DNA of 63,971 nt, the filler included, from Reticulomyxa filosa (taxonomy: Eukaryota > Protista > Foraminifera): the NCBI GenBank assembly GCA_000512085.1. It is 20 parts of 20 records of this genome, joined end to end, with 100 filler letters (N's around TTAATTAATTAA, not from the genome) between each part and the next. Parts side by side here need not be neighbours in the genome. Positions count along the whole stretch, not along the records: positions 62,950 to 63,971 come from ASPP01013249.1; 19 more parts are not named here. One strand, written 5' to 3'. A program made the translations under genes and the position numbers. The notes below the pieces were generated by a model. That model was not told where the DNA came from and did not search any database. It worked only from the letters and a program-made list of their open reading frames with translations. This document shows positions 62,950 through 63,971 of the stretch, piece by piece (the stretch's first letter is position 1; every line of letters begins with the position of its first letter).

Positions 62950-63971
62950 GCGGAGCGGGGAAGGTCTGCGAGGTGTTCATCCTGGGCCTCAGTTCTTCGT
63001 TTTTCTTGTCCTGGGCTGGCCATGTGCCGGGCGTTCCCTTTTTGTTCTACGTTGCAGGCCCGGCCGGCCAGGCAGGGGTCAATTGTTGCCTGTGGCAGGC
63101 GCCAACGCAACGGCGCACAAGGCCTCTTGGCAGGACTTGACAGCTTCGGCTGCGAAAGTGCAAGCCGCCGCTGCTGGTCAATGGCCTGCTGACATGTTCC
63201 TGTCGCAGCTTTCCCTAGAATCTTCGGTCCCTTGTCCCCGAGGCTCGTCCCGCAATGTCCGAAGGTCAGATCCGCATCCGTGGTGCCCGTCAGCACAACC
63301 TGAAGAACCTCGACCTGGATCTCCGGACCGGCGAGCTGACCGTGGTGACCGGACCCAGCGGCTCCGGCAAATCCAGCCTGGTGTTCGATACCCTCTACGC
63401 CGAGGGTCAGCGCCGCTATGTCGAGACCTTCTCGGCCTACGCCCGCCAGTTCCTGGACCGCATGGACCGGCGGCGGTGGACAAGGTGGACGGCGTGCCCC
63501 CGGCCATTGCCATCGACCAGACCAACCCGGTTCGCACCAGCCGCTCCACGGTCGGCACGATGACCGAGCTGAACGACCACCTGAAGCTGCTGTTCGCCCG
63601 CGCCGCCGAGCTGTTCGACAAGCAGACCGCGCAGCCGGTGCGGCACGACACCGCGCAGACGATCTATGCCGAATTGCTGCAAAGAACTCTTGCAACTGAT
63701 CCCAGATTGATACTGACCTTCCCGGTCGAGCTGCCGGCCGGCACCAGCGCCGCCCAGGTCGAGCAATGGCTGTCGGCCAGCGGGTTTACCCGGATCCAGG
63801 CTGAGCGGGAGATCGCGACGCCGACCGGCCCGCGCAAGCTGCTGGACGTGGTGGCGGACCGTTTCCGCATCCAGGGCGCGGACAAGCAGCGCGCGATGGA
63901 GGCCATCGAGTTGGCCCTGAAGCGCGGTAGCGGCCGCCTGAATGTCTACGTGTTGAGCGCGGACGAAGGTG
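62950..63971. other. Bacterial high-GC contig (probable Burkholderiales) within the eukaryotic assembly
   Basis: Abrupt switch to roughly 65% GC (by eye), GC3-rich codons, no introns, and a bacterial uvrA. Confidence 0.93.
63255..63971 (+). CDS. uvrA: Excinuclease ABC subunit A, 5' part, with a one-base frameshift near 63470
   Basis: [13 protein letters not shown]...[35 protein letters not shown] continues after the shift as [44 protein letters not shown], open to the window end. Confidence 0.95.

Noticed and set aside
62950-63023. Start of a divergent bacterial gene on the minus strand (ATG at 62980 or 63023)
   Set aside because: Only 10-24 codons are visible, so neither frame nor product can be supported.
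63255-63971. uvrA as HGT into the host or as a programmed frameshift
   Set aside because: It is a separate contig with no host flank, no amelioration and no slippery sequence. Contamination plus a sequencing error is simpler.

Overview
The window is not one locus. It is 20 short contigs joined by 19 identical artificial 100-bp linkers (44 N + TTAATTAATTAA + 44 N). Nineteen contigs are AT-rich, intron-containing protist DNA. The expanded WD40, Kelch-like and TRAF-WD40 families, the abundant pseudogenes and the intron style resemble the foraminiferan Reticulomyxa filosa (Rhizaria); this is inference from family style, not a database result. Recognisable genes: a spliced bacterial-type SDR, TFIIS, omega-amidase NIT2, XPNPEP3/Icp55, NOL10/Enp2, a TPP2 pseudogene, an EED/LRWD1-like WD40 protein, and CAP-Gly, C2H2, VWD, ILEI and hnRNP-Q-acidic-domain proteins. 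The last contig (62950-63971) is high-GC bacterial DNA carrying the 5' end of uvrA, most likely a co-assembled betaproteobacterium. The best candidates for new biology are: (1) a ~33-aa 'QHWIRxLxIKLGWIxDFxKI' cassette exon found in four contigs, joining different N-terminal modules to different beta-propellers; (2) an intron-bearing SDR resembling the Vibrio NADPH-dependent blue fluorescent protein BfgV; (3) a GC-rich structured segment with an HDV-ribozyme-like core near a LINE-like remnant; (4) unannotated Tc1-like and Helitron-like termini next to WD40 pseudogenes. Exon boundaries were read by eye and all homology calls come from motif recognition.
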